Assembly: GCF_009914755.1 (NCBI RefSeq)
Contig: NC_060931.1
Direction: 5' to 3' (one strand)
DNA: 64,000 nucleotides
DNA from: the human T2T-CHM13v2.0 reference genome, Homo sapiens
Shown here: positions 1 to 15,649 of the stretch, one piece after another
How positions within the stretch are numbered: position 1 is the first letter of the stretch
Layout: every line of letters begins with the position of its first letter
Notes under the pieces: generated by a model
Seen by the model: the letters and a program-made list of their open reading frames with translations, nothing else
The model's database searches: none
What the model was told of the DNA's origin: nothing
Position numbers and translations under genes: made by a program

Positions 1-2046
1 ATAATGGGTATTAACAAACTTTCTAAAAAGACAATATTTGCTTTTGTATTAAATATTTCCAATGATTTTCACTTTGGGGAAACTTGACTTTTTAAAATTT
101 TCATTTCTAACTTTTATTCATCTAATGAAGACAAAAAAGCAATCTTCTCTAACAAAGTCAATCAATTTATTGAGTGCCTATATTTTGGAAAGTATTAAAC
201 TTGGTAAAAGCAGTTGAAAAACATAGGAAAAGATACTTTCAATTACTAAGAGCATGTTTAGAGAAAATATACTCTCTACATGTAAAACTTAACACCCTCA
301 TTCCTTTCAACTTTACAAAGAGAGGACTCTATGATATACATTATCTAAAGAAAACAAAAAACTCTGTATCTACCTCACCACAAATAGAAAAGGCAATTGT
401 TTTCCAAACTGTTTTTCTATATAAATGCCACTGCAAAAGAATTTTTACATTAAAAGAATTGTAATGTTTTCCTTGAACACTTTTACATAAGGTTTTTTTT
501 GTGTGCAAGCAAGCAGATAATTCACCAAGTATCACAGAATCCCCCTCAATAAGAATCTGCTACACTGAAAGAAAAGTAAAAAGTATAAACAACATAAAAG
601 TTATTTTAACTTACTGTTCTCTGAATTTATAACTAAAAACTCAGACGGTTTTTTCATGAGTAACATTCAACATGATTTAAAACCACAAAAGTCAGATTTG
701 CTTATCTTGTAAAATTGATACAACCTGTGATTCATCTCCCCCCAACTAAAAGTTATTTCAAAATATAACACACTTTACTGGACATTTTAATATTTTTAAA
801 ACATGGTGCCTTTTGACTCCTATCTACATGCTACATAGCCAATACTTTTAATAAACAAAAAGTTTGATGAAAGGCCTACATTCACTAAATGATAAATGAT
901 AAACTCCAGTCTCTATCCTGTCAAATACTAAACTCTGCAAACTTTCTGTGCTAAGTATCTTTATGGCAGTTGTTTATTTTTCCTTTCCCGGTGATTGGAG
1001 GTTTAAAAATATTATGTTACTTACAGTTAGTAAATAAGGGAATTCCATTGCCAAATATTTGTACAAGATAATGGAACAGCCATCCTTCTATTAAGAATCC
1101 ATGGGGACTAAAATACTAACAACCTCAAGAGTACTTGCTGCTGAAAACACATATACACACAGAGCCTCTGTTTTAGCTATAGCAGACACACACTTGGTAA
1201 TTTCTGAAGGTCAATCATTCACCACGTCAATATCTCTCTACAATTTTTTTAAAAAAGTCAAAGAATCAGGTCAGCCTGATTTAGGAAAAATAAATTAGAA
1301 CTATAGACCAATGGTTAAAGAAATAGTCTTGTCTTAGAGACCGTCCCAAGCCCACCAGTATCAATAACTACTCAGGACATGCAGAAATTTAAGCTCAGAT
1401 TAAAAATTTATGGTCCTTTGTGCATGCTTGTACTTGAATAAATATTGAATATTTTTTCTAAAATTGTATCTTAATTTACTCCCCTTTTCAATTTCATTTA
1501 CATTAATAATTGCTGAGCTAATTTCTTATTAAAGATGTTGGTGAAATTCAAATTAGTAAGGGTTTGCTTCATGTGATGTTCAAACTACTAGACAGAGAAA
1601 TGTGTTATGCCAGGATGTGCCAGTCTAGCAGAAGGCTACAAGTTCCCAGGGTCAATGATGTACATCAAGGCATTAAGGGTCAGTCAATAAAACATCGGAG
1701 CACACTAGAGAAGTCACCATGTACATGGTGTCTATTGCCTGGTAAGCTAAGTCAGCTAAAGTGTGCAAGCTCAGCCCTATCTCAAAAGATTTACAGGCTG
1801 TTACTGGTTTCTGAAGAGGGTATCTATACAGATTATTGGGCCATTCCTAAGAATGTGAGACAGGGGTCCCCATTACCAAAACCCATACATGAACATGCAA
1901 ACAGGAAGGAGCCTTAGCAATATCTCAAGCAACACAGCCAAAATAATACCACACACGATTCTGACCCTTATCGTGCCTCTCCCTCAGACCTAACCAAATG
2001 TGTCCAGATACTTCCCAAACAAAAGAGGGGAATGAGTTCACTATAG

Positions 2047-2391
<345 letters not shown>

Positions 2392-5300
2392 TAAGACAAC
2401 AAGTTAGGAAATGAGAAGTTTTAAAAGACGTTAGATTAGGCGAAAGAAAACTCGTACTATAATAGCTGTCAACAACTTTTTAGCTTATCTATAACTCTAT
2501 GTCTGCAAAAGTATCTCCTTCTAAATCACATTTTTTTTTGCTTTCAAACAAGATAAATACTTTATTTTTGTATATTCTCCAGAATGACCACAAACCCTAT
2601 TTGTTAAAAAAGGGTATTAAAGGAAATAGTTTCGTTTAAATTTTACAAATCCACATATATAAATATGTATTACAAGTAAACAGCTTGTTCTTTTCATTGA
2701 TAAATATATTCATGCACATACACTTTGTTCCTAAACCATAAATATTTTTATTCCCACAGAAAAAAAGCATAAGAACATAATTATTTGTGAATGTTACACT
2801 CTGATTCACAGTCATGCTCAATGTTCAGAGAAGAAAAATGATGTATAAACAACGATAAAATTATTAAATCAGCGAAGTTGCCAAAACATCAGTAATTCAG
2901 TCTAAATGATAGAAGGAAGTTTGAATTAACTACAAATTACAGAATAATTGTAAAGAAATGCACTTTTGTTACAATGAATATTTGAATATAACGATGTTGA
3001 AAAGTAAAGACCTGCTTTTATAAACAAACCAATGATGACGTGAGGAAAGCATATCCATTATCTCTAAGTAAATGTTTTTAACATTCTTGAAAAGTTTATT
3101 CGTAAAAATTTGTTCTCCAAGTTTGTCTAAGCAGTTCTACCACAGTCCACTGACACTAGTTGTTTAAGAAAAGTCTTTTCCCTGAGGCTGAAAAATCGCT
3201 GCAGCGTTCCAAAGAACTAATGTTGTAACCCTCAGCAAGGTCCTCTTTGTGCTGGCTTGTTTCCCTAAACTCACCTTAGCCCAGCACCCAGTGTCTAGAT
3301 GCCTAATTTAGCTTAGTCAGTATATTTTTAGTATCAAATCTGAACTAAAGACATCTAGATTAATAGAATTTTACTTATAATGACATCTGGAAAAAATCTA
3401 AAACATTAGATGGACTTCCCCACATGAGTACCTTTATTCGCTCATCAATAAAGGCATATTGTCAGAATTAAAGCATGTCCTCCATTCTCTCTTCTATCAT
3501 TAAAAAAGGTTATCAAAACGTAATTCTCCCTTACTTAGCCAAGAGTAACAAGACCAGGTATCCATTTCTCCCAGGTGAATGAGCAGAAGGTCCAGGATTA
3601 GGGAATAGACACTCCTACCAGGGATACATAGCAAAAGATAGAACAGATCGTGCTTCTGCTCACAAAACTTCAGATCACAGAGTATGCATGACATTCAATT
3701 TGGCACCAGCTCACTCAGCCAAGTCTCAGACATATCTGATACACATATACCCTAAGACATACATGTGCCCTTCTCCAAGCCCACTGTGAGCTTTCCAGTG
3801 TTATCACAATTGTTCCTTCCACCAGCCTTTGGGTCCTCCAAAGCGCCTTTCTCCTCTGGCCCACTGTCCACCAACCACTCACTGCCCCTTGCCCTTCTCC
3901 ATCACATCTCAGCTCAAATACTTCCTCAGGTCCCTTTGTTAAATGTTCTTAATAGAAGACAACGATTGTTCCTTAGTGTTTTTTTCTTTCTCCTTTTTTT
4001 TTTTTTTTTTTTTTTACAGTACCTTTAAAAACACAAAGAGAGAACTTTCGGAATGAAAGTACTTTCATAATAAAAGGTAAAAAACCCTAATTGTCTCATT
4101 AGAAGTTCTCAGTCTGTGCTTCAACTCAACTGTGCAAGCCCTATACAGAATGTGAAACTGTAAAATATTTTAAATGCTTGTTTACTGGAAAAGACACAGC
4201 AATGATTCATATTCTACTTAATTAGAAATTATTTTTAAGTTGCTATCATTTAATAAAATTCTGTTATTTCATTAAATCTTTAGAATTGTATTCATATTCT
4301 TCTTAAAGATTATGTTTCTAAAATGTCATTATTTTAAGGAAATTTGTTGTTTCTAAAGTTTAAAGTTTTATAACTAAAATAACGGCTGTATAAAGAAAAT
4401 TCAGGAATAACCACTTATTTTAGAATAATTCAAATGCGCTGCTTAACAGAAATACAAAGTGATACAACTACAGTGTTAAAACATTTTAAATACAATTTAA
4501 GTTATTGTTTCTGTCATCTAAGCTGAGAAAATTTATCTTAGCCTGAGCATGTAACCTGAGCCTATTACCTTTTCTCTGAAAAAAGGAAAAGACACATGGA
4601 TTACAATTCTAAAAATGTGAGTTTTTAAAATTTATATAGTTTCAAGAAAAAGCTTTCTTTAATTCATAATCTTATTTAGCCAACAACTTCATTAGACATT
4701 GCACATAAAGCAAATACTAACCATGATTTTTTTTTTTTTCTAAATATTCCATCTAAAAGCTGCTTTCCTCACTGGCTTAAATGACTTAATTCTCTCAACT
4801 TTTACAAACGTTATCCGCCCTCTTGTTTTAACTCTCTTTACATTTAGGATACTGTTTCCTCAGTCATCTCCTTTTAAATGAATGTTTTCTGGTTTATGTT
4901 TGCCAAAGGAAGTTAGTAGAGAGACATGTGGAAGTAAATGAGAAAGTGAAAACACAGCACAATTGCTGAACTCTCCTCAAGGAAGCATTCGCTGAATTGG
5001 TGACCAGTATTCACAGGTGGAATGAACATTTCAATAGCATGTGCTGCCAGAAAAATACCTGACTTTGAACTTTGCACAAACTCAGGACAGTCACCAAATC
5101 AATGGATATGGAAATATTTGGCTTATATTTAACTAAAATTATCTCAAATGTATATATCTAAAAACAATCTATAATAAGGTTTAAAATGCTTACGGTGACA
5201 TAGTACACCATACAAAAACTTGAATCATTCATATTTCAAACCCTGAAGAAAGACAAAGTTCCAATGAACAGCCAAAATCCTCTCATAAAGACCCAACACT

Positions 5301-5400
5301 AAGGCCATGAATATCACACAGTTTTCCTGGCCCCTGTCTCTGACACAACATTTACTTTTGAAGACATCTGCTGACATACTTTCATGGGGCATCAGAAGCC

Positions 5401-7305
5401 ATAAAATACTTACAAGTAAATTTAACTGAGGAGTTAAAAGATCGATATGCTGAAAATTATAAAATACTGATGAAAGAAATTGAAGATGACACAAACAAAT
5501 AGAAAGATATCCCATGTTTATGGATTAGAAGAATTAATATTGTTAAAATGTCCATACTATCCAAAGTGACCTACAAATTCAATGCAATCCCAATCAAAAC
5601 TCCAATGTCATTTTTTTACAGAAACAGGAAAAAAAATCCTAAAATTCCTATGGTACTACAAATTCCCCAAATAGCCAAAGTAACCCTGAGCAAAAACAAC
5701 AAAGCTGCAGGTATCACACTACCTGATTTCAAAATATATTATAAAGTTATAGTAATCAAAACAGCATGGTAGTAGCCTAAAAACAGATATCAACCAATGG
5801 AAAAGGACAAAAAGCCCAGAAAGAAGTAAACTGACACATTTACAGCCAATTGATTTTTTGACAAAGATGCCAATAACACACAATGGGAAATGGAAAGTAT
5901 CTTCAATAAAGGGGAACAACTGGATATCCATATGCAGAAGAATAAAATTACTCTTATTTCACAGCATAAGCAAAAAAACAACAAAAATGTTTTAAAGATT
6001 TAAATGTAAGACCTGAAACTGTAAAACTAGTAGAAGACAATGCATGAGAAGAACTCCAGGACACCGATCTGAGCAATGATTTTTTAATATGACCCCAAAG
6101 TCACAGACAGAAAAAAAGCAGAAATAGACACATGAGAAAATATTAAACTACCAAGCTTCTGCATAGCAAAAGAAACAATTAGAAGAGTGAAACCCATTGA
6201 TTAGGAGAAAATATTTGCAAACCATGTATCTGTTAAGGGACTAATATCCAAAACATAAAATGGACTCAAACAACTCAATAGCAAGAAAGTAAATAACCCA
6301 ATTAAAAAATAAGCAAAGGACCTGAACAGACATTTCTTAAAAGATGACATGCAAATACCCAACAGAAGACAAAGAGATGAAAAAAAATGCTCAACATCAC
6401 TGTTAGGAAAACACAAATTCAAACCACAATGAAATATCAACTTGTAGCTCTTAGAATGTTTACTATCAAAAAGACAAAAGATAACAAATGTTGGCAAGGC
6501 TGTGGGGGAAAAAAATCCTGGTACACTGTTTGAGTAAATATAAATTAGTACAGCCATTATGGAGAGCAGTATGGAGGTTTTCAAAAAATTATAAATTGAA
6601 TTACCATATGATCCAGCAATCTCACTTCTGAGTGTACATCCAAACGAAATGAATAGGAATGCCACAGAGATATCTGTATTCTCATGTTCATTCCAGCATT
6701 ATTCACAATAGTCAAGACATAAAAGCAACCTAAGTGTCCATCAATAGATGAATGGATAAAGAAAATGTAGTCCATATATACAACAGAATACTATACAGCC
6801 CTAAAAAAACAAGGAAATTCTGTTACTTGTGGTAACATGGATGAACCTGGAGGACATTATGTTAAGTGAAATAAGCCAGCACAGAAAGACAGATACCACA
6901 TGATCTCAGTTATATGTGGAACCTAAAAAGTGTTGATCTCAGAGGAATAGAGAGTAGAATGGTGGTTACTAGAGGCTGGTAGGGTGAAGAGGAGGAGGGT
7001 GAAAGGATGATTAATGGGTACAAAGTTTCAGTTAGATAGTAGAAATAACTTTTAGTGACCTATTGCATAGCATGGTGACTATAGAGTGATGTATAAGTGT
7101 ATATTTAATAATGATAAGTTGTATATTTCAAAATTGCTAAAATAGTAAACTTTAAATGTTCTCACCACAAAAAATAAGTGGATGCAGTGGATATGTTAAT
7201 TAGCTTCATCTAAGAATCCCACCGTGTATACATACATCATTGAAACATCAAATTGTACCCCATAAATATATACAATTATTATTGATAATTACAAATAAAA
7301 AATTT
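5401..7305 (+). mobile_element. 5'-truncated L1 (L1MA-like): degraded ORF2 C-terminus plus 3' UTR
   Basis: ORF fragment [17 protein letters not shown]...[21 protein letters not shown] is typical of L1 ORF2p; L1MA-type 3' UTR ending in aataaaaaa; frameshifted. Confidence 0.92.
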
Positions 7306-7479
7306 TAAATTATAACTTCTAAAGAATTCTAGCTAACAAGTCAAATAAAGTACATGTATTGAGTAGATATGTTTCTATTATATAAAAAAGTACAAATGCT
7401 GAATAATTTTTCATTTCCTGATGTCAAGCAATACAAACATTACTATCATGTAATGCTTTATCCATAATTCTACCTCAGC

Positions 7480-8060
7480 AAGGTTTACTGATTTCAGCCA
7501 CCTTCCTCCAGTCCCTAAGTCTTACTTAGTTCATACCCTTATCCATGGCTTCTGGGGATGATAATGTAATCACTAACAGGGCTTTCTATTGTCTCCCGCT
7601 TAAATGTGAATTATCATTTCATCACAAGCTGGAAACACGCATTGGTTCTTTACAGCCCAAAGAATAACATCTAACTTTTTGATAAAGACCTTCACAATTG
7701 GACTTAACTTCATTTTCTTCTCACTGTGCACCAACACCACAGCCACTCTGACTTTCTAAGTTTTGCCTAAGCTTACCCTGTCCCTTCACTCCTCAGTGTT
7801 TATACACACTCTTCATGTTGCTGTAAATCTTCTTCCTTCCTCGTCTCCACCGGCAAACCCTTATGTATTTTTCAACATCCAGTTCAAATAAAGACTCCCC
7901 TGTGAAACATTCTGGAAATCTCCATTTGCTCCTGATTCTGGGTTCCCACAGCAATTATTTATAAATTTAATGTTATATTTTGCTTTGTAATTTTCTTTCT
8001 ATTCACCCCTTTCATCTTTGTTCTCTCAAGTAACTATCATGGATGGGTACTCAATACACA
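7480..8060 (+). mobile_element. L2 3' fragment
   Basis: Pyrimidine-rich degenerate L2-like sequence ending ggtactcaata. Confidence 0.5.
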
Positions 8061-8319
8061 ATTAAGGAGGGCAAAAGGAAAGGAAAGAGGAATGAGAGGT
8101 GAGGAAGGTAAAAAGGAAAGGAGAAACTGCTTGATTCTTTGACAAGATAAGCAAAAATGATAACTACAGTAGAAATTTTAAAGTTCATTTTATAATAAGC
8201 ATACCAAAAGACCATATTTTTAGAAATTAAATGACTACCGAATGCCTTGGAGTGATAAATGAAGCATAGTTAAAGTCTTCTAGAAACAATGCCAGTAATT
8301 AGTTAAATGCCTTATAACA

Positions 8320-8510
8320 GTACTGTGGTGTAGTGAAACCTGCATGGTCTTTCAGCACAGGCTGCATTTGAATGCTAACAACTACCAGCTGTGTATCTTT
8401 GGGGATTCTACTTTTCCTCATTTGTAAAATTAGTCTAATAGAGTTGCTGTGAGTATATTTTGAGAAAACAAAGGTAAAATATTGGGCAGATACTGAACAT
8501 ACGGTAAATA
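8320..8510 (+). mobile_element. MIR
   Basis: Core motif accagctgtgtatctttggg...ttttcctcatttgtaaaat. Confidence 0.6.
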
Positions 8511-9472
8511 ATATGATGAATCTTCATTTAGAAATAAAGTTTAGGCTATCAACCAAAAATATAAACAAAATAATAAAGACATACAACTTAATAGGTTAAT
8601 TTTAACTTAAGGACTTATGACTAGCTATATAATCATAAAATTCATGACTATGTAAGAGAAGGCCTTAAACAGAGACTTTTTAGAAAATCAATTACTACTT
8701 AAATATATTCTGATTTGCATTATGATTTTAAACAACAAACAAACAAACAAACAAAAAAAAAACAAGGGGAAATTTCTCCAAGGCCATTAAAATTTCATTT
8801 GATTTCCACTAAGGAAAACATTCAGATCTGGTTCAATCACTCTATATTTAAAGAAAGTTTTAAAAGTGCAAGCACACAATCAATAGTTATATTCAAAGTC
8901 TCTGGAAAAATAAAATTGGAAAAAAAAGCACTTCTCCTTTTAAAATGATTCATTTGTATTAAATACGTAAGGTACATCCAACTTAATTTCTGACAAGCAC
9001 TTGACTGCTTGTGGTTTGCTGGCAGTTGAGCATATATTTGCATCACATCCTGACAAATGATGATCTCCTGATGGTGACATTCAGCTGTTGTCAACATCAT
9101 AAACATGTCTGTTCAATCTGTTTACATTCCCCCTGAGCTGGCACTGCTTTCCTAATGCCTATGTTAATAGCAAGGTAGAACTGCAATAACAAATGAATTT
9201 CATTTCGTCTACAGCTAAAGCCTTGGGAAGTAACCATCTAAGGCTTAAAACCAATTTCAATTTAGCTTCACTTTCTCTGTTAATGGGAGAAGGAATTTCT
9301 ACTACTGAAATTACCGTGAAAGGCATGGCATATTCCAGTTTCTTTTCTTAGTCATTTTTGGCTTGTTTTCCCATTATAATTAGAATTTAATTATTCTTAA
9401 ACCCCTCATATAAATACATAAAAATTTCTGTTCTATGACAGTTTCACACTTGCTAAGAACAAATCTAATGAG

Positions 9473-9655
9473 TACGTTTGCCAGATAAAGCAAATAAAAA
9501 TACCTATGTCCATTTAAATTTAAATTTCAATGAATAATGTTTTAGTATATGTATATTCTAAACATTGCATGGGATATACTCATACTAAAACATTATTTAT
9601 TGTTTATCTGAAATCAAATTTAATTGGGCATCTTCTATTTTATTTGGGAACCTTA
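9473..9655. mobile_element. MER53 palindromic hAT MITE
   Basis: ttgccagataaa...attgcatgggatatactcatactaaaa...tgtttatctgaaatcaaatttaattgggcatc matches MER53. Confidence 0.8.
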
Positions 9656-10579
9656 AATTAGGGTGCTTTAACAACTTACATCTATAAATCTATCATTCAA
9701 AAGAAGGATGAAATTCATGACCAAGGTTTCTCAGAAATGTTTTCCAATAGGTGGCCTCTTAGCTTGTAGAGGTTTTCTGTTGCTTTTTGATGAGGGCTGC
9801 AGGGAGGCTGGTTATAAAGACCTGTTTTGAGGAAGGCTCATTTACTTTTTCTTGATCAGTCTGTTGAATAATGGCATTTTTACTTTTGCTTGAACAGCAA
9901 AACAGCCCAGTTGCCAGCTCTTTTTTATATATATATAATCATTCAAGAGATATGGCAGCTCTCTGAGATACCAATTGTCTTTTGAAAAATAGCTTTCTCA
10001 CACTAATCTGTTTTACAGCTCTTAAAAGTAAAACAAGACTTTGAATACAGGGAAATGGACAAGTTGGATGAATGTATTCTGCTTGTTTAAATATTTACAT
10101 CCAAAATAAAAGTAAGAAACTTCCTTAAAAAATTGTTTTTAATTAGGATAAAAGGTTAAAGGGCACACAAAAAATACTGTAAGTTACTTTGCAAATATTT
10201 GCCCAAGACCTTACATCATGTCGCATTCTGCACTATTTTACCGCCCACCCCTCCATGAGCCATTCCCCTTGTAATCTAACCTTTTCTAACAGTCAAATTC
10301 CTCTGTTAAAATCTCACTCTCATCACTGCCTTCCAGGCAACATCTTTAATCTGATGTGCTGGTCATTCCTACTTTCACTATTCTAATTCACTGTCTGTTA
10401 TTCAATGATTTAATAAACACTTATTAAAGCAATGAGCAAGGTGAATGGTTCATATTACTGAAGTTGTTTGTAGTCTGGTAGTCTGGGCTGATTATTAAAA
10501 AGAAAAGGAAGTTTATAATAAGAGAAATACACTAGGCTTCAAAAGTTGGGAAAAGTCTATTAGAGACATCAGTAAAGGC

Positions 10580-11100
10580 CCAGTGAGAATGGGCTTTGCA
10601 ATCAGGAACGCCGAGGTCTGAATCCAAGCTCCCAGCCTTATTGCCGAATGACTTGTGGCATATTACTGACCTCTCTGAACCTCATTTAATAATTACCTAT
10701 CTCAGATAATTGTCGTCAGGTTTAAAATGAAAATGTTTTATACATTACAGGACACATTTGTAAACACTTAGGAAAAAAATCAGCTATTATAGAGTAAAAT
10801 GGCAAAATTGTTACAAATATTGGAACTAGACTGCCATGGCCTGAATATTAGATCCTCTCTTTACTAGCTGTGTAGACTTAGGCAACTCACTTAATCTCTC
10901 TATGCCTCATTTCCTCATCTATATTAAGTGAATAATAAGGGTAATTCAAAGTTTTAGTCCAATTTTATACTCAGCAGAGAGGATAAAATTGATTAACTCA
11001 TGTACAAGAACTCTTCATTTAAAAAAAATTCAGGTAAAACTCTACAGTGTCTGGCACTGTAAGTACTCAAGAAATGTTAACTACTTCAATTATCATCAGT
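10580..11100 (+). mobile_element. Two adjacent MIR fragments
   Basis: tctgaatccaagctc...ctctctgaacctca and tactagctgtgtagacttaggcaactcacttaatctctctatgcctcatttcctcatct. Confidence 0.65.
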
Positions 11101-12626
11101 GTCATAATTATCATTTGAAGAGGTAGCATTTCAGATAAGTCTTCATGGGCTAGTAATATTTAAATGAAAGTACTGAGAAGAAATTTCTGGCTAAGAAGAC
11201 AGCAAGAATAAATGTAGAGAAGAACGGAGCAAGAAAGTTTGTTCAGGGGTCAGAAAATACAGAACCAGAGAATAATGAAGTAGATAAAAAAGCAAAAAAT
11301 GGCAGATCAAGTCTCCATTGTAGAAGGGCTTGGTGTACATTTGAGGTGTTGGTACATACTTCATTACCCAATAGGGAGTCTCTGCACCTGTCTGAGCAGG
11401 AAGTTAGGAAAGCCTGAACTTGGGCATCCCAGAGGAGGACAGAAAAGAGAGGACAACTTCCCATGACTGTAGAATCTGAACTGAGAGGAATAGGCAGCTA
11501 TTTAGAGGAGTGGGATGTGGGGAGGAAGCCAGAGAGGAGAGCCTGAGAAACAGACCAGATGCAAATTGGTTGTGAGTGATAGATACATGGTAGTTGAGAC
11601 CACAGATCATTCTTTAGCAAGAAGGAAGCTGTGTTAGGTCTAGACAGAGTAAGGACTAGAAGCCTGCCATGAGAGGAGAGGCACCCCAAAGGGAATGGAG
11701 AACGAACAGCCAAAGGCAATCAACAGGAAGGAGGAACCAAGATGTAGATGTCACCTAGGGACACATGGAACAGCAATGCATAAAAAGATGCTTTGTAAAA
11801 AAGAGTACATCCAAAAAGCAAAGTAGAGATGGAAAAAAGCAAAATCAATCTATGCTCATCATCTTCCCAGAGGGTGGCACTGAACCCTTCGGGCTGAGCT
11901 CAGAGTTCTTCCTCTCTGGCCTCAATAGCACCCAGTGCAAACCCTATTAGAGGTCTTATCTCATAAAGACAGGTCTGATAGCAAAAATTGGTGGTATACA
12001 TGATCAGTAAGTATTTGGAGAATGAATGAATGAGTAAATTAGTGGCCTTTAGAACCTCAGTCATCCCTGCCACTTTTGCATTATAATGCTCTTGCCAGTA
12101 TTACAAACTAGACTCTCATTCACAAGTTTAAGATTTGCTCTACTTCAAGTAGCAGGCCACATTACTTTGTTGTTTGTCAATTTGCATTACTAGCATCTAA
12201 GCAGCCTAAGGGAATGCATAAAGAGTTTTCAAAATGTGTTTCCAAAGCCTTTGTGGTTCCATGAAATACCTGACCCTACTTGCCCTGCCTCCCTCCAGCA
12301 TCCCACTGCATAGGGACTGTGCAGAGTAAAAGTTGGGAGGAGGGAGGAAATGGCAGTCAGACCTTAATTGGTTATGCAAGAGAGACATCATTGTAAGACT
12401 GCGTTTTAAAAAAGAATTCTGAGACTCTTTATTTAAAACTTGAAATATGTTATACTCTACTCAAATTATAGAAGGTTCATGTAAAGTAAGTCCTTTTGTT
12501 TATGTTTAAATTATTGCCCAAATATCTAAAATTGCAAAATAAGATCCCAAATTTCCACCATTCTCCCTTTCACTATATACCTATATGAAGAGAAATAAAG
12601 CAGTAGGCATGTTTCCCCATCTCTGA

Positions 12627-12949
<323 letters not shown>

Positions 12950-13129
12950 TGAGTGTGCTTTATTTTCTATAGCATTTTGTGTTTTTCAATATTCGACCTG
13001 AACAGTTACCCTCCAAGAAGCTAAGTAATACATTAACACAGGTTATACTGTGAAATTCAAAGCTTTAGTTCAACTTCACACTAAGATTCTGTTTTAATTG
13101 ACTTGGCATGGGAGCCAGTCAAGCACGAG

Positions 13130-13311
13130 TGTGTGGGAGCTGGCTCCTTGAGCCAATTTGTACTCATCTGTCCCCAGTTCCACATTCAGTGATTTCATGT
13201 TGGTAACTTAAAATTGACCATGCTGGGAGAATTTACCCCACGGAAATCCCCAAATGCTACAAATCTGAGCTTTTTTTCTGCCCAGTGATCCAGCTTACCA
13301 GCACACCACTC
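13130..13311 (-). mobile_element. MER63-like hAT DNA transposon fragment
   Basis: ttcagtgatttcatgttggtaacttaaaattgaccatg...aaatgctacaaatc...ttaccagcacaccact resembles reversed MER63A. Confidence 0.65.
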
Positions 13312-14114
13312 AAATTGTTTAAGTTCTTTATATGAAATTAATACACAGCCAGGGCTGAGACCTACTATAAAAAAAGCGTATACTCAATGAATTAATTTTT
13401 CAGCCTTATATGTCTGCAACTATATGTTAGTAATCTCATTACCTGGTGCCACTAGTATATATTTTGCACATTAAGTGCTCTTCTAAAAATATCTATATAA
13501 ACAGTATTTTAATCAACTCAATTTTTTAATGTTAAAAATGTTTGCCTACTTTTGAATTAAAAGACTAGTCACAGAATTTGAATGGTGAAACTAATTTAAA
13601 AAGTACCTAGTGCAACTCTCAGAGTTAAAAAAACAACAACCAAGATTATAGAAACTGAGACTCGCTTATGTTCTCTAAACTATATAAAGGCAGTGACAGG
13701 ACCATTACATACGTCTGCTACCTCACAACCTGAATTTCCATAGGAGCTTACAGGGTGGATTTGTTTAAAAATAGAAGAGAAAGAAACAGTTCCTTTATGG
13801 CTTCTCAGTTCCAGTCCCAAGGGGCCTTTTTGAGTGCTAATAACTACAAGGACACTAGAAAGAACTCATACTTTCAAATGAAAATGTCAACACGTAGCTG
13901 GAGTGAAATAATTAAATTGCTTATATATATTTCCATACCTCATCCGGTACAGCAAATATGTGTATTCAAATAATCTCTTGTGAAACGAAAGCGTCCCTTC
14001 TTACAGGATGTTGTTACTGCTATCACTGCTCCCTAATCTTGTGAACTGATTAAAAAATAATATATTACTGGTTAATCTTTTTAACTATAATAAAGAGAAA
14101 ATATAACATCATAC

Positions 14115-14250
14115 CCATGCAAGAAGCAACAGATTTCTTTTCACCGTTCCACAATATCCTAACATCCCCACAATGATAAGGAAACAGCAAACAGCAATCA
14201 TGACCGGATGAACCACAGGAAAGTAAGTCAAAATGACTGCTTCCTCTACC
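14115..14250 (-). CDS. TSPAN12: TSPAN12 exon 4 (136 nt), TM2 and start of TM3
   Basis: Acceptor ttcttctttcag|G and donor TGG|GTATGA; encodes (R)[45 protein letters not shown] with the tetraspanin GxxGxxG motif. Exons 2-4 total 285 nt = 95 codons. Confidence 0.97.
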
Positions 14251-15354
14251 CTGAAAGAAGAAAAATAATGTATTAGAAAGAAAATATAATCAAAATGCAC
14301 CCAAGACATAGCAGAAGACACAACTGTGATTTGTGTTAATAATTCTTTCAATCATGATGCCTCAAAACTAGTGACTGCATTGTTATTTTCAAAATCACTG
14401 TGCTATTGTTTTTATGTTTATTTGCTCGGTTGCTTTATTTTTGGTTTTGCAGTGTTTGTTTTTTTTAATACAAGTGGTAGCTTTCCTACCCCAACTCATT
14501 TAACATATAATATACAGGACCTTGATAAAAGGTCCATCTATTATTATCTCCGAAGCCTTAGCCTAAGTAAATCACATGGGAGCCTTTGCTATTTCCCAGC
14601 TGGGAGGAATCTCCTTCCTCTTCTCTAATTTTTGATCCCATGTGCACTACGTTTCTTCTCCCTGACAATTGATCCTCCCCCAAAATGTAAAAGACTGCTA
14701 TGCAAAGGAAAATCAATCTACATTTAAAGAAAGGAATAGGTAGAAATGATTTTTGCTAGAACACGATGAAAAATTCATTAACCGAAACCAGTATTAATGA
14801 TAAAAATTAACCATTATTAAGCTAACTTTCCCTGTGTTAAGGACTTGAAAAAAATGGTTTTCATTTAATCCTTACCACAATTCAGATGTCATATAATACA
14901 ATCTCCATTCAGAGATGATGGAGTAAAAAGTAATTTGTCCCCTGTGATGTTAGTAGATTAACCCTTGAAATTTGAGAAAAAAAAATCATTGTGGTGTATG
15001 GTTTTCATTAACCCAAGAATATGAAGGTAAGAGGAAGCTGACGGTAATTTTCTTAGGGAAAAGTAACTATGCTGGTTCTTTACACGCACCTATGACATGG
15101 CTGATGCACAATCAGGAGGACAGGCAACTGCTATTACCATACCCAGAAATGTCTGTATAAACATGCTGCCACCTGATCCCCTGCTAGGACCAGAGGCGCA
15201 CCTTAAGGAGAATTCTGGAGGATGCAAGTGTCTGTGACAAAGGTTGCTATGGGCAGGAAAAACTTTTCCAAAAGATCAAGGAAGAGCACTACCATATAAA
15301 TAGCTGAGGGCAAAGTTACTTAAAATCAGCAAGAAAGAATTCAATCAATAATTA

Positions 15355-15483
<129 letters not shown>

Positions 15484-15649
15484 TTACGTAACATTCACTG
15501 CAGGATTAATAATAGGAAAATTAAGGATTTTGTTACATAATATCTTTCCCAATTACCATTTGCTGCATCTTGAAATTTACTATTACTATAAATAACTGCC
15601 ATTCCATTTTGTAATCATGTCCTAGGCACCAAATGGAATACCACCCAAA

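Noticed and set aside
5225-5515. Minus ORF containing SKCCVRD, reminiscent of the TSPAN12 loop motif DSCCVRE
   Set aside because: No further similarity or fitting splice sites; partly antisense L1; judged coincidence.
6201-6775. Hydrophobic minus-strand ORFs
   Set aside because: Antisense reading of A-rich L1 ORF2.
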